Source: Sphagnum compactum
Lineage: Eukaryota
Direction of reading: 5' to 3'
Assembly (NCBI GenBank): GCA_965153455.1
Contig: OZ234493.1
Coordinates: 33,532,213 to 33,596,212, forward strand
DNA: 64,000 bases
Shown here: piece after piece, positions 1-14,724 of the stretch
Layout of the letters: every line of letters begins with the position of its first letter
Numbering within the stretch: position 1 is the stretch's first letter
Notes under the pieces: generated by a model
The model's input: only the letters and a program-made list of their open reading frames with translations
What the model was told of the DNA's origin: nothing
The model's database searches: none
Program-made: the position numbers and the translations under genes

Positions 1-45
1 CATGGCCTCTGAATATGCTAAGAAATTTTCTGCAGGTCTGCACAC

Positions 46-380
46 AGGTAGGTAGGTAGGAAGGTAGGTAGGTAGGTAGGAAGGTAGGAAGGTAGATAGG
101 TCTGGGATGGGATTCTTTTTTTCGATTTTGTGAAGTAGCAAAACTGGCGATTCATCCACAAGAAGATTTAGCCAAATTTGGCTATAGGTCAGGGTATGAA
201 ACTAAAACCTCTTAAGAATCCTTCACATATTTGGCTATAGACCCAGTATGAAAGTAAAAAGCTCTTAAGAATCCTTCACATATTTGGCTATAGACTCTTA
301 AGAATCATTCACATGTTTGGCTATAGACCTGGTATGAAAGTAAAAACTCTTAAGAAGCCTTCACATATTTGGCTACATGC
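46..380. repeat. (AGGT)n microsatellite followed by ~57-bp tandem repeats
   Basis: AGGT/AGGA run at 46-100, then 3-4 copies of TTTGGCTATAGA..GTATGAAAGTAAAAACTCTTAAGAATCCTTCACATAT. Confidence 0.8.
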
Positions 381-850
381 TAGACCCTAATAAAGAAATA
401 TGGCGATTTTTTCACCCAAAAAAAATCGAAATCTGGCTACTAGAAAACAAACATAATACAATTTTTTAGCCATTTTGAAAATAATTTAGCCCAAAAAAAA
501 GAAAAAGAACAGAAGCTGGTCTGCGTGGTGCTTCCAGAGAGAGAGAGAGATCCTCCTCATGAGCGTGGAGCCTACCAGACATCGCAGCTGCTTTTTGCTG
601 GGGCTACTGCGATGATCGTGGACCAGCGATGGAATGGAACCAACCCTCCTTGTCTTCACGAATGCCTGATCCACAAAAGGCATCCGTGATGGCCTTTAAG
701 AGGCTGTAGGCCATCTGGTTTTGGTTATTATTATTATGATTCTCCATTGTTTGTTTTGTGGACATAAGAACAACAAAGTTTTGGCCAAAAAAAAAAGCAA
801 ACGAGAGACTCTCTTCTCTGAAAACGAAGAGCAGACCTCCTCTTCCAATA

Positions 851-1777
851 ATGGCCAGAACTGCTGCCATGGCCATGCCTTCTTCCCTCCATATCAATAC
901 CCCCTCTTCTGTGAGTTGGTTTTTCCTCTTCATGATCCATGATGGGGTTTTTGCAGGAATGATGAATTCTAGGGGAAAATTGGGAGATGGATTTTGCTGA
1001 ATTTGTGTTGTTTTTGTTGTTTTTTGGGAGTCTAATTATTGTTTTGGAAGAGTTGGCAATTTGGGGAAAATGGGTCAGGGTACAAGCATTATTACCTCCT
1101 CCAGCTTCAAGCATCATGGCTGTTGCTGCTCCACTAGCTTTCTGACCAGCTCAACGCTTGTTGGAGTTAGTATCCCAGCTCACTTGTTAGGCAAGAATCC
1201 ATACCCATCCTTTTCTGAGGCACCCATTTCATGTTCTGGTGTTATGGATGTTAGGAAGCTGTTGCATTCTTTGCAAAGGAGGAAGTAGGGTATAAGCTCA
1301 AAGTTGATTCACAGACAGCCATGATTGAAAGACTGCTGAGAATTTGAGACTGACGTATGTATTCGGTCAGACTTTTGAATCTCTAAGTGCCAGGGGTAAG
1401 AATTGCAGGCAGTATAATTTTGTTTGAAAAATTTGTGGCATTTAGATGGTGTTGTTGATCTTTGGACATTTCCCATGCTCAGCTGATACCTATTGCAGCG
1501 AGGCTTTTTTTGGGACTAAGTCCTTGTGATGCAGAGGATGTTTGGGAACTGCAGTGAGAGGTCCTGAGCTCAATGTGAGAGTGCAGTCAAATGGGTATTC
1601 ACCCTATTGTGCCCTTCTTTTGAAGGAGCGGTGAGTGGGGTTTTTCTCCACCTTTCCTTTCTTTGTTCATTTTCATCGATGTATATATATGTACAGTTCC
1701 TTGAGGTACTGCGTTGCTACCTCAATCCTCTTTGGCCTGCAGTTTTTGGCTGTCGAAACTGCACATGGGATCACAAC
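851..1777 (+). pseudogene. Disrupted upstream exons of the PP2C gene (Ser/Thr/Ala-rich, transit-peptide-like N-terminal extension)
   Basis: ATG 851 MARTAAMAMPSSLHINTPSS|GTGAGT; putative exons 1079-1190 (GC donor), 1315-1354, ~1535-1630 and 1743 onward. In-frame TGA at 1326-1328, and a 13-nt duplication at 1763-1787 shifts the frame relative to the catalytic exons. Confidence 0.55.
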
Positions 1778-4700
1778 ATGGGATCACTGCCTTCTTGGTG
1801 ATGGGTTTTCATTGCTTTGTGTTTGTCCAGCTATGGTGCAATAGCAACTCAGGGGACAGGGAGAAGATTGATGGAGGATACGTACAGTATTGTAGTTGAC
1901 CCAAAAGGAGTGGATCCTGCCTTTTTTGGGGTTTATGATGGTCATGGTGGCAATGCGGTCGCAGAGTAATTCTTGATCGTCATCTCCACTCTCATGCTCT
2001 GTATTTAAGCTTTTTCTTCTTCAACAAGTTGCATCAATTTTACATCTCTTTTGGGTCGAATGTGTCTTTAATGTATTGGATTCTCCATGGGCTGTCAATT
2101 GAGGTACTTCTATGGATGTATGCTTCAGATCAAAGGAAATGACACATGAGATTCAATGTGTTTATGTTTTTCCTGACACTTGGGGGTAGACAATCATTAA
2201 CAAAACAAGGAGTCATTGATGCATTTATACATATATGTCGCTTTTGGATTCAGGATGCTGAAGACAAACATGTGGCCTGTGTACAAGAAGAAGCTGGCAG
2301 GTAATGTAGAGAAGTCAAGTAGGCTGTCATTTTATATACGAATTTGAGAGGGGTACACATTTGCACTATTGAAGGTTGCTGATTTGACTCACAATACATC
2401 TCCTTTTTCTACTGATTTTGTTGTGAAATGGTGCCCCGACGGATTGGGTATGTAGGTCCAGATCTTGTGAAAGCCACAACAGCTGCTTATCTTGAACTTG
2501 ATCAGCTATCACTTGTAAGGAGCAGCTCTTTCTTGTTAGTTGCAATGTTCTTGAAAGTGGGGGCAGTATTGACCGCCGTCTTCTTTTAACTTTTTTATGC
2601 ATTAGGGTTTGGATGTTTTGTGCAAATGAATACAAAAACAACCAAAGGCAAAATAGAGTCTAGTGAAGTGGCTATGGAAAGAGCAAAGGTGTTGAGAGAT
2701 CGAGGTTATTTGGATGACAGGCACAACCAAAGGGTCTGTTTGGAGCAATGAGGGAGCGTGGATTGGGAGGATCAAAGTGTGGAGCAACTGCTGCTACAGT
2801 GGTTCTCTTGCCTCGACAAGGTTAGCTATATTTGTGTTTTGTCTGTTTTCATGCAACTCTTGCAGGCAGCTAGAGCTACACCCCTCACCATCTCCAAGGC
2901 ATGTACAATGCAATAATTGCTGAGAAAGATAATTAGTATATTGTTGCTTAGTCATGGTAGTAGTGGCTTTGTTATGTGGATATGCACCCCCCATCTTGAC
3001 CCTGGTTCATATCAGGTGAGAAACAGGTGTTGGTGGCTGCAAATGTAGGAGATGCTCGAGTTGTTCTCTGCCGTGGGGGTCAGGCAGTTCAACTGACTGT
3101 TGATCACAAGGTTAGAGAGAAGCTTTCTTTTTTCCCCACCTCAACAAACTTTGGGATTGGTCCCACATGCACAAGACTTTCTTGTATGCCTGTGGATATT
3201 TTCTCTTCCCTATAATAGTTTATGGAGGCTGCCTGATAAAAAATTGCAGCCAGATGTTGAAGCAGAGAGAAAGAGGATTGAGGCCAAGAATCCCACACCC
3301 AAGAAGCCACTTGTAAGTTGGTCTCATTCAGTTGCGCTGGGTTAAAACTTTCTTGTTGATGTTGCTTGTCTTGCTCACTGCTACTGCATCTATTGGTTAT
3401 TTGTCTCCTCCATATGTTTTTGCCTGAAAAAATTGCATCATTTCTGTTCCAAGTCTACCTCTCCAATTATTCTCAGACATGATTTTTGTCACATCTGCTG
3501 ACTGTGATCTGTGCCAGGTAGTGAATGTGGAAGGTACATGGCGAGTAGGTGGTCTACTGGCTCTCTCGCGTGCATTTGGGGATGTCTATCTTAAAGAGTA
3601 ACTCCTGCTGTGCAAGAAGCCTGAATAGCTCATCTTTTTTCTTGCCTAGCAGATTACAACAGCATCAACTTAGAGCTTCTCCACCGGTGCTCAGATATGT
3701 GGCCCAGCACTGGAAATCTCAGATGAGGTGCAACAGTCATATCCAGTTGATCCACTGGAAGACTGTTGCACCTCGGAAAAATGCACATCTTCGTGCACCT
3801 CGGAAGAGTCTTGGAAGAGTCTGATAAATACAGTCAAATCGAATTTATTGACTGCTCCTTGTTTCTGATTGGTTAGATAGTTTGATTGGTCCAGGTGGGT
3901 TGCTATTAGTAATCTCCCAACTATTTGCAGTCCCAGTTTTAGTTTCATGGGTGGGGTTGGAAAAAAGTAAATAATTAAAACTTGGATGTAAGAAATATTT
4001 TTGCAGGGTCACATACTGAGCACCACTGCTGGAGATACTCTTACAAGCAGCACACACACACATACACACACACACCTGATGATGTCAAAACTGTTTTGCT
4101 GGTTGTAGCTGGTCAGATAACAAAGTGGATGGTGCTCGTGGAGGATTTGGGCTGACTGCTGAACCACATGTGACAGTGGAGACACTCACTCCTGGTAATG
4201 ATGTCATATCCTAATTTCCCATGGACCTCGTTTGGATTAGTCCCACATATGTGAAGCAGATCTTAACAGCAAGAAAGACAGCGTAATCACATATTTTATC
4301 TATCTTCTGATGCAGAGGATCAACTGATAATTTTGGGAACTGATGGACTCTGGGAACTGGGAAATCAACAAGTTGTGGACATTTGCCTCGCAGCAGGGTG
4401 AGTTTGACTTGACCTTTAAGTTTCTTCAGGGAACTCGTGTTCTATTCTCCTTTCAGGAAACAAGGAGGATTATAAGTGTAGTTGTCAATCTGATTGCTAT
4501 TCAGGACAAAGCATGTGATGGTCTGATGCTTTGTGAGCAACTCTCAGAAGCTTATGACTGCACCCATTGTGATGAAGGTGATGGTCTGACACTTTGTGAG
4601 TGACTCTCATAAGGTTATGCCTGCACCCATTATCACAGTACTGTTCAAATGGCTATTGTAGATCACTTTTCTGCAATTTATTTGTCAGGATGATGCTATT

Positions 4701-4929
4701 GCGCGTCTTGTAAAAAAATGGATTGTGCATGCATGAATGTATACATCAGTTGTGGAGGGTTTCAAATGGAATTTAGTGAGGGCATACTCAGAGGGTAGTG
4801 AACTTGATACTTAATTTGGATGGGCACAGAGAAACCACCCCCTTAGATGAAATCACAAAGAAATTGGTGAAAGTTGCACAAGAAACGGGTGTAACTGATG
4901 ACATAGCAGGCATCGTCATTCGCCTGTAA
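1778..4929 (+). CDS. Protein phosphatase 2C (PPM family), multi-exon; catalytic domain intact from ATG 1778
   Basis: GT-AG exons read by eye: 1778-1797, 1831-1965, 2254-2300, 2456-2514, 2721-2820, 3016-3110, 3250-3312, 3518-3597, 4109-4194, 4316-4398, 4830-4929 (TAA). They splice in frame to MGSLPSCYGAIATQGTGRRLMEDTY..FFGVYDGHGG..CGATA..VAANVGDARVVLCRGG..LTVDHKPD..LALSRAFGD..AEPHV..IILGTDGLW..TDDIAGIVIRL*, covering the PP2C metal-binding motifs (MED, DGHGG, DG, DD). The true start is uncertain (see findings). Confidence 0.92.
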
Positions 4930-6997
4930 TTTTTCAAGCTCCAGTCAATGGGGGCTTCTGCAAGTATTTCCCTTCCAATGAAAAAGCTCTTCTCCACTAT
5001 CAAGTCTGGCATGGTTTCGAGGATGGGTTTTGATGTGTAGATGGTGACAAGGTCTTTTGGGGGTTCAATGCAAGTATGTATCCAAATAGGTAGTTGGTGA
5101 CTATGTTTTCTAGAGGACTGTAGTTCGGTAATGCCTACCGTGGCACACTCTGCATGAGGACAGTTTTACAAAGTTTGTGTAGAGGTTCAGATACATTTAT
5201 CATGTTGAGGTTCACATTTGGAGTCACATTTGCAGGACTATTCCTGTTTTTAATAACTGGTACATTTCCTACCTGGTTACATCCTGGGCTTTCTTACAAA
5301 TCCTCCTTAGTTCCTGCAATGACTTTGTTACAGGAATGATTTTCTCATCATTTGGGGAAAGTTTGGTGGGCCGATTGATCACAGAAGAAATTATAAAATA
5401 AGAGAAAAAAAAGGAACAACTAGCAAAACCCAAAGGTGGATGTGACCAAGTAGAACTTATGAAGTATTTGTATTATTGCGCAACCTAGAATAATTTCATA
5501 TTAATTTAAATCACAGGATACCCAAATGAGTGTTTTGACCATGGCCCCTTAGGGCATCTCCACTGGCAAATTGCACAGTCTGTTTTGCATTAAAGAAAGC
5601 TTATGCTGGTTTGGGGCAGTGAAATGGGTTTGGGTTCGTATTTGTGCAGAAGATGCAGGGGCTTGCAAAGGCATTTCATAATCTGGCAATTACTTTTGCT
5701 TCATAAATTGAATGATTGGTCCAGGTTGTTGGTTATTTGTAGTCTCTTTCTTTTTTAATAGTCCCAGTTCTGATGCGCATGGGAGGAGCTTAGAATATAA
5801 TAAGTCATCTTGGATGTGAGAAATATTGTTTTACGCTCAAATAGTGAATATAGGTGGAGTTGCTCTCACAAGGAGAACCTATTCCCATTGCCAAGCAGTG
5901 TTTTCTTGTCCATGGTGGACTCCCTCACCCTGGACAACATGGCATTAAACAAGAACTGCCCAATTACCGTAATGCATTTTTGCTCATCCTGGTCATTGGT
6001 TGGCTGAACCTCATTACTCACCCTCTTCTGTGTTTCATATACCCATGAACTCTACAATCGATTATATCCAATGGCCAGCTTGAGCATGCTGGTTACCATG
6101 AATATTCTTGGTGCTCATTTGTCTCAAACCACAGCAGCAACCTGCAGACTCTTGCCAATTATCTAGTCTAATGAGGACTGTATTCAACCGATGATGAACT
6201 TTTTAAATTACACCTGAACTCTAAGGGTCTGTTCACAAGAACATCTTAGTAGTGAAAACCTGACATATTGCAGATACAAAGCATCAGTATCTACCATGTG
6301 TATTGATTTCGTACTTAATATATGTTCTTGAACAAACTATGAAGGGGGAAAAAAAAAGGCAATTTCTGTTGCGTCTTGACAATTATCTTTCATACTCAAA
6401 AAAGTATATTTTAGATAAAAATCTGAATCTAACTTTCAGTGTTGTGATTTGCTTGAGGAAATATGTATGTACAACCATTCTGCACTTGAAATATATGCAA
6501 ATGAAGCAATGCTTGGGGGACCTGATAACACAACCTAGTTTGGAAAACAGAATTTCCTCTTTGATGTACAAGGAGGGATTATCTAATAAATTAGACAATC
6601 TACTTAGAAACTTGAACAGTCAATACAAAATACACGGCAGAAATTGGGGTTAACAATAGCATTAACTCCAACAGAATTACATTGCATAACTATAAATTTA
6701 AAAAAAACCTACAACACAATTAACATAGGTCTTTCCCAAACTCAGTTGTCATAGGTTTTTGCGTAATTGCCATAGGTAAGTATGGAGTGGGTATCTAGTC
6801 ATTCCACTCCAATGCATGCCCTCTGAATGTGAGATCAATTAAGGCACTAAACCAAACCCGTGTTATTGTCCTATTGAATATCCATATTGAAATCCAGCAT
6901 CCAAAATGCTCAAACTACTCTACAGAACAAGATCCTCAAGGATTTTACAAATTTAAGCTTTTGGAGCTCAATCATTCATGCTCAACTTGTTGGATTC

Positions 6998-9057
6998 TCA
7001 TGTGTACTGATTTCCAACACGAGATTGTGCTGGTGGCATTTGGTTTTGTCCACCAGGCATTTGATTTGCTCCTTGACTGGGAACATAAGGAGGTTGCCCT
7101 CCTTGATTTTGTCCCGAAGCTTGATTTGAGTATACATTTGGGTATGATGCACCTTGCTGAGCATTTGGATTCATCTGCTGCTGCTGCTGACTACCTTGAG
7201 AGTAGAAGCCACCTGCACTTTGAGGAGCTGCAGAAGTCCTTTGACCACCCCCTCTGGTGCTTAAGGCCTCCCTCATATTCTTCAATCCTTTGTCGTAGTT
7301 CATAAATCCCATGAACCAAAACTCATGCCCATCAACCATCAATACAAGGATGTACTTCTCATGTGGTTTATTCTGATTCTCTGAGGGACTCACCTCTTGC
7401 ACCTTCTCCAATGGTAAAACCACCTGCAACATAACTCCAGAAATTACACAATAGCTAATCAGGACACCACAGCTTGACACCCACACTAGTAGTAGCAAGT
7501 TTTATGTACGCACCACTCATCATTGAAAGCTGTAATTAGCATGTCACAGATAACTGTTCTAATGACAGCTCCAGAGTGTGGTCCAATATGATGTGCTAAA
7601 ATCACTTTCAAGTACACTCTGATTTCTTCAGGCCACAAGCCTCACAAAACCTCAGATTTCTTCATGCCACAATCCTCACAAAACCTCAGATTTCTTCAGG
7701 TCACAAGACTAACAAAACCTCTTCTATTGGAACTAAAAAAGAGTCATCTTTGAACATTCGTACAGGGTGCAAACTGCAGACCTAACCTCTTATTCTTTCA
7801 GGCAAAAGCTATGATCTGCACTGACCATCGGAAATGCTCTGCTGGCAACAACTGTCATCTCACATGATTGCAGGCACATTGTAAACAAACCAGAAGGTAA
7901 GTAGCCACCATGTACCTTGTAATGGCTAGATGCCTGTTGACCAGGAGTGGGTGCATATGAAATAGGCCGGTCACTGCAGAAGGCAAATTTCTGATTGGTA
8001 ACATACAGTGTGCCAGGAATAGGACCTGTTGAAGCAGATAAGTAGCAGGCATAGGTTTTGAGAAGCTGCTCATTTGGTGCTAATCCAAAATGCTGCTTGT
8101 ACAGACCTTCAAAACCGCGTGCTGTCAGTAAATTGCTGCCATGGCTCATCTTTCCCCAAGCTGAATCTGACATTGAGTTGCCGACTTTCACTGCACATCC
8201 CCAAGCCATCCAAAACACAACACTAGAATTATCATCAACACTCCTCAATGAATGATTCTCCAATGAGGAACTTAGAAGTAAATTCATTGTAGAAAAAAAT
8301 TATATCCAAGCAGAGATCTCTCTCTCTCTCTCTCTCTCTCCATATCATTTTCATGGTGTAGACCTGCATATACGACACAACATGAAGAAGTTGACAACTG
8401 TGTGAATCTCAATTGCACATTTGTACAAGCTTGAAGTTGAAAGTAAGACAAGACAACATAGTAGAAGGAGAATAACTGCATATAAGATGTGTCAAGAATA
8501 TTCTTGATAAACAGACTTACAATGATTCCAAACATTCCCAGCTATACCCTCTGCTTGCTGTCCTAGCTTGTTCAAGAAATCCATGCTGCGACCACCTGCA
8601 AACCGACAACAAACATGCACACACACACAGAAGTCACCAGCTGCTGCTGCAGGAAAACAGAGACTTTAAAACAAACGATTCTTTTGAGTTTAGGGAAAGT
8701 GGATCAAACTTCTTGCTCCTGGGTTGCCCAGACATCCAGACTCCAGCCATACACATACCCAATTGCAAGCTGCAGATTGCTCAAAGTCTTGTGCCCAACT
8801 CACTTCAGGAATTGGTCATCATGGACTGTGTGTGCATCATCTACAAGAGCTCTTAAAACTCGCAAAACCCAGTCTGCTTGCTTGCAGGAAACGAAGAATT
8901 TCATACCTGTGCCAGTAGCACCAGAAGCTGGAATCGGTGTTGTCTGCACATAAGGACTTGAAGCTTGCTGCCCCCCAGAGTAACCAGTTGTTTGGGGAGC
9001 TGCCTGCTGCTGCTGCCCCCCATACCCAAAAGGCGGTTGCTGTGAATTGTTCCTCAT
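6998..9057 (-). CDS. GEM-like / GRAM-domain protein (GER/FIP1 family)
   Basis: Exons 9057-8907, 8595-8521, 8190-7916, 7423-6998 with GT-AG borders. Spliced product MRNNSQQPPFGYGG..AEGIAGNVWNHLKVGNSMSDSAWGK..GFEGLYKQHF..EQLLKTYACYLSASTGPIPGTLYV..AFCSDRP..YKVVLPL..KYI..VDGHEFWFMGFMNYDK matches the plant GEM-like GRAM signature; Q/G/P-rich termini. Confidence 0.93.
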
Positions 9058-9568
9058 AGTGCTTGCTTGTTTGCTTGCTTGCTTGCTTGCTTGCTGCTGC
9101 TCCTCCTGTCTGCTCCTCCTTCCACTCAAAAGGGATATGCAATGGAATACAAATTCTTTGAACTATGCAACAACTCCAGGGAAATGCTTGCAATGTTGTG
9201 TAACACTAACTACAATCTGATGTTACAATCACGTTACTGAACTACACCTACTCTTCGGGTTCTTAAGAAGAACAAAATTACGCGTGAAGTAGATCCATGT
9301 ATGAGAGAGGAAAACCTTAAAAAAAACCAGGGGGGGCGGGGGGGGGAGGGGAGTTTGTGAAAGGTGGCATGAACTCACAGCTCACTGACTGGCTATTGCT
9401 TCGATTCTGCTGCTGCTAAGAAGATCATGAGCTACGTGTTGATGATATCTCAAGAGCATTACAATTTTAGTTCCAAGCGTTGTTTGTTTCCCGCCCCCTG
9501 GGTGGACCCAGCAAGCGCAGGTGGCCGGTGTGAGCAGCCGTCGGAGGCAGAAGCGTTGTTGGAAGCCA

Positions 9569-9605
<37 letters not shown>

Positions 9606-12600
9606 GATTACGTTCACTCAAGAAAATTTGAAAAAGACGCGCACAAATGGCTGACGCCTGTCTCAAGGAGGTGCAAGCACTTGCCCCCCGCCCCCACCCC
9701 CCCCTTCCCCGTTTTTACGCCTGTAATCAACTCCGCCTTCCACCGCATTGCTTCTTTGGCTAAGCGTGGACCAGACTCTTTCTAACAGCATCTCAAGTAT
9801 TGAAGAATTGGTGTGGTAGATCACTCTACCCATTTCTAGGTTTTAAATGAATTGGGAATTCATGTGGGTGTGACTTTGTGCATACATAGTAAGTTGAATA
9901 TTGGGAATTTGTGTGTATGTGACATTGCAACTTGTCTATATTATTATGGTGAATATTGACAATTTGTGTGTGTGTGTGTGTGTGTTACTTTGTGAATAAG
10001 TACTTTATGTTGAACATTGGGATTTAGATCAAATTCCTATTTCGAACATTGATCAATTGATAGGTGTAGGACTTCATGTACATTTATAGTTGAATTATGA
10101 GAAATTAGTGTGGATGTGATTTTTATGTATATCTATCTCGAATGTTGGGAATTAGTGTAAGTGTGACAAAAGTGTACCTACTATGTGATGATATGGGGTG
10201 TGCTAAGGTATGTTCAGTAAAGTGATCAAATTTAAAGATATCAATTTCAATTGAATTTTATTATTGAGAAATATTTTCACCATGCAAGAATATAGTATTC
10301 CAAAACTCCTCTAAAAGAAACCAAAATCCTTCAAGCTATTATAACTCTATAACTAATCTCAAGTTTCAACACAAGCCAAAATAGGTATCATCTTTCAAAA
10401 ATCCTCCTATATAAAAATAGACCTATTACCTAGGGGCCAAAATCCCTAAGCTATTATTATACTGTTTAATGCATCTAAACACAATATCCTTGCCTTGGTA
10501 GGCAAAGCCAACAAAACAATCATACTAGTACTTACTAAGATGTGGTCCTTTATATGTTGTTAACAAAATGGCAAAAAAGGACAAGTGTCAACTAAATGGG
10601 CAACTAGGTGGACACAATGCAACTAGTTCAGCAAACAGGTCAGCCACAAAAATCTGCATCAGCAACAAAAAAAAAAGGTGCATCCCAAGCATTTTCAAAT
10701 GAAATTATTTTGGGAGTTGTGGAATTGCAAGTGTCCCCAATTTTTGAGACACGGTAATGCAAGTGGTAAATTTTGTCCAAATCAAGAATTATTTATATCA
10801 TTGGAAAACTTTCAAAGTGTAGACATAAAAAACAAGCTCACATTTTTCATTTGAAATTATGAACTAGAAGTTTTGAGCTTAAATGAGAAAATTATGAACT
10901 CATAAAATTACAAGAATCATAACTTGGGAATCATAGGCCATTTAACCATTTTTTTTTATGTAGCTTTCATTATCAATCACAAAACATATTATAGAAAGGA
11001 CAGGTGGCGGCTGTTAGGGGATGAAATTGTGACCCCCGATCATTATCGTCTTCCAAGAGATAAAACCAAAAGAATAAGGTTAAGATCGTATTATTCAACA
11101 AAAAGAAACTAACCTCATTAGCTTATTTTATTACAACTACTAAAATAATAAGTAAAAAATTACGCAAAAAAAGAAAAAAAAAAAGAAAAAAGGGTCTCCT
11201 ATATAAAAACAAACCTACCATTCCAGTTGTAATCTCCTCTTGAGGTGCTAGGAAGAGAAAATATAGAAAGGCAACATGGGAATTGATTATAACTATAAAA
11301 TAACTACCTTCCAAGATTCTATAATACCTTTGATGCCCCATGGATGTCACCGTAGTGGGTTTGTAGAGCTCTTACAATTATTGTCCCACCTCAACAATGC
11401 CTATAGTCATTTTATAGTCATTCTAATGCCTCTACCTACAGCCCTTCAAAATGCCTCCCCATTATTGTCTATCGTCTACAACACATTACATCCATTCCTA
11501 GCCATGGCATATCGCCTGCAACAATACCTTTTTATTTACAAGTCGCTACTTTCAAATGCCCTTTCTCTCTCTACTATACCATACCAACTATCATCTCCTA
11601 TGGCAGCTAGTAGATTGATATTCCAAAGGCTACCACTTGGGTATACCTTTTTACTTTCTGTTTTAAAAAAAATACAAAAATACTATGGCAGGAGGTAGCA
11701 ACACTTTTGTATATTCTTAAACTAAACTACTTTCTACACCTCCTAATAGGATGCATGCACACAACACAACTATAAGTTATTTAACCATGTTTCCATTTTT
11801 AAAAATCACACACAAGACACAATTACATTTTTTCAGTACTCTCTCCTCTTTAATGTACACTACACACACACCTCTCCCAAAAAAGTCCTCCATTCCAACA
11901 ACACAAGTCTCAAATGCCTGATAATTCCTCCAAAACCTCGTATAATCCTCCTTCTCCACAAGACCACACAAGGTTCATATTGACCTTATGAAAATAAGGT
12001 CCTTATCCTAATCCATTCTTAGAAATCTCTTAGACAATTGGGTAAATTACCCCCAACCACTCATTGATATGAACTTTTTAATCTCACTAGCTTCATCCCT
12101 TGGGTAAAGGACAATAAATGTACCATTAGTAACCATTAGTTACTAGGAGGCCTACGGTACTAATTAGTTTAGAGGTTTCTACCTTTTAGTAGTGGCCTCT
12201 TCCCAAATCCAAGCCAAATGACTATACAACAAAAGGTGTCCTTGTACGCTAGATGATTTCACTAAAGTTTGAGTGAATTCACTAATTGTAGTGAACAGGG
12301 ACTAGTGGGGAAACAATGAATTCACTGGTCTAATGAATAGGGATTAGTGAACTACACCCACATTTTGTACTAGTAATATATATTGAGTCCAAAGCAAATC
12401 CATAATCTAAAGTTGATTCCATTTACATTTTGGAGGTTAGTCCCAATACCTCATGACAAACTTAAATGTGCATCACTTTTAGATTTCATATCTTCAATTA
12501 GTTTCACTTACTCCTTCAAATCCCCAATGATTTGTTCTAGGTGGGTATCATGCATTTTTTTTGAAGTTCAACTTGAACTTCTTCCAACTTTCATCTAGTT

Positions 12601-14724
12601 GAGTCTTTAGTATATTTAAATATAATTACCTTCCTTTTACAATGTCCGATAAAATTTGGCCATTTTGTGCATTTTGGCAAGTAATTTTTTTCCTTCTTTT
12701 CTCCTTGTTAAATAATTATCATTTATGATTCCACTAGGTCAAAATTGCATACCCACCTTCCAACATGATTTTTTAAGGGAAGAGTCATTGAATTATATTT
12801 TAAGCAAAACTATGTAATGGTATAATCTTACATCATCACCTTGAATGACGTACCTTAATGGTTTAAGCACTATTTCCATCTCCTATTATGTTACTAAATA
12901 TATTTTATTCAATCAAGTTAGACAATAATCCGAGCTTATCTTTCAAATGTGAAATTACCACATGAAGATTGAGAAAACTTTTTTATATTAAATATTGTTT
13001 TCAAAGCCTCCCAAACTAGTTTTTCTCATCTTAAAAATATGTCACCACAACTTGAAAACTTATTTAATGGAACTTCCACCATGTTAAAGTCTCTTCCTTC
13101 ATACATACCCTAGATAGTATTTTCCTCAATTGGTCCTATAATTTGCATTTTTGTGAAACTCATTAAGTGTGTAAATATTTAAGATGCTTACTTCACCGCT
13201 TAATAAACCTTTTGATTGCAACCATTTTGCCATGTTACTTAAGATAGCTTCATAGTGCATAACAAAATTAACCCATTTGTGGTCAAGAAGAATGCATGTT
13301 CCTACACATCCCATTCCTTACTCATTATGTTGATTATAGTAACCTACGGTTGTTTTAATTGTCCAGTTACATGTGTATTTTCCAAATACATTTACCCAAG
13401 TTGATGGCTTTATCTCCTTTGAACTTGTGCTTAGAGCATTATCACATTTTTTTTCAACTTTAGTTCATGAAAATATAGTCAAAGTTGGTGAACTTCTTCC
13501 TCCAAATTAAACTTTCCAACATGTTATAAGTTTAAATGTGTGACTTTTCAAGGCACAACATTTTATTATTGAAAAGTTAATTTAAAGGTCCTTTCATGTT
13601 GCTTTTCCTTAATTTAAAAAAAAATCCCCATTAGTCATTGAAGGATTATTGAATGTTGGGTTCCTTTTTTGGGGGAGTAACAACTTTTTATCACCTTGCA
13701 TTTATTTGAGGACAACTATAAATTGTGTCCTTAACCATTAAAACATTCCATCCAATAGTTTGACAACATCATCCATGCCATGTACATGGCATATAGGTGG
13801 AACAAACCATTACATTTTCATTATATAATGGATATTGTGTGGATGATTTCATTAGATGAATATTTATTCAAATTAAATCATAATTTTGTCTAATTTTGTG
13901 TAGGCTATTTTTTTGTGTAAAGGAAATTATGACCAGGTCATCTTGTTCTCATTAATTCTTCTTCCAATTTTAAGTTTTCATCAAGGTCTTTCAAGGTCTA
14001 ACTTTTATTAGAAGTTAAATTTTATAAGTTGGGAATCACCTCCCCTACAATTCCATCAATTAGTGAAATCTATGTTTGTACTTCCACATCTCCTTACGAC
14101 CTAATGTGAGGTGACTTCCTGTCCCTCTACTCCCGGTTCTATGAAGTGACGATACTTGAAAGTACATATGCTACGGTGGAAAAAAAAATGCAAATGTGTT
14201 TTTAGATGTTAAGTTACGGTTGTAGTTGAAACCAAGTAGCTTACCTCCTATGCATGATTTATGATTTAGAATTGATAGATATATCTTCCAAGCTTGAACA
14301 CTTCAAATCCTAGAATTTCGTGTTAAATTGTCACTCACTCAAACCAACTTTTAAGGATTCAAAACCATATTCAATTTGGCAACAAACCACCAGTCACTCA
14401 AAATATTACTCCTATTATGTATGTTGTCCAAATCAAACTTGCCTTAGTTCATTAGAAAGTTAACTACAAGGCGTATATGCCTACTAAATTTCAAGTTCTG
14501 CCTCCCAACCAATAAGAAGTTATGCTACCAAACGCGAGAAGGTTTCATGAAGGCAGAAAATTCAACTTGGATGCATACCACTAGTCACTTAAAATATTAC
14601 TCATATCGCATAGGTTGTCCAAATCGAGCTTGCCTTAGCTCATTAGAAAGCTAGCTATAAGGTGCCTTTGCCTATCAAATTGCAGGCTCTACACCCAAAC
14701 TAAAAAGAAGTTGTGCAGGGAAAT

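Noticed and set aside
6829-7305. 158-aa + strand ORF
   Set aside because: Antisense shadow of the last exon of the GRAM gene.
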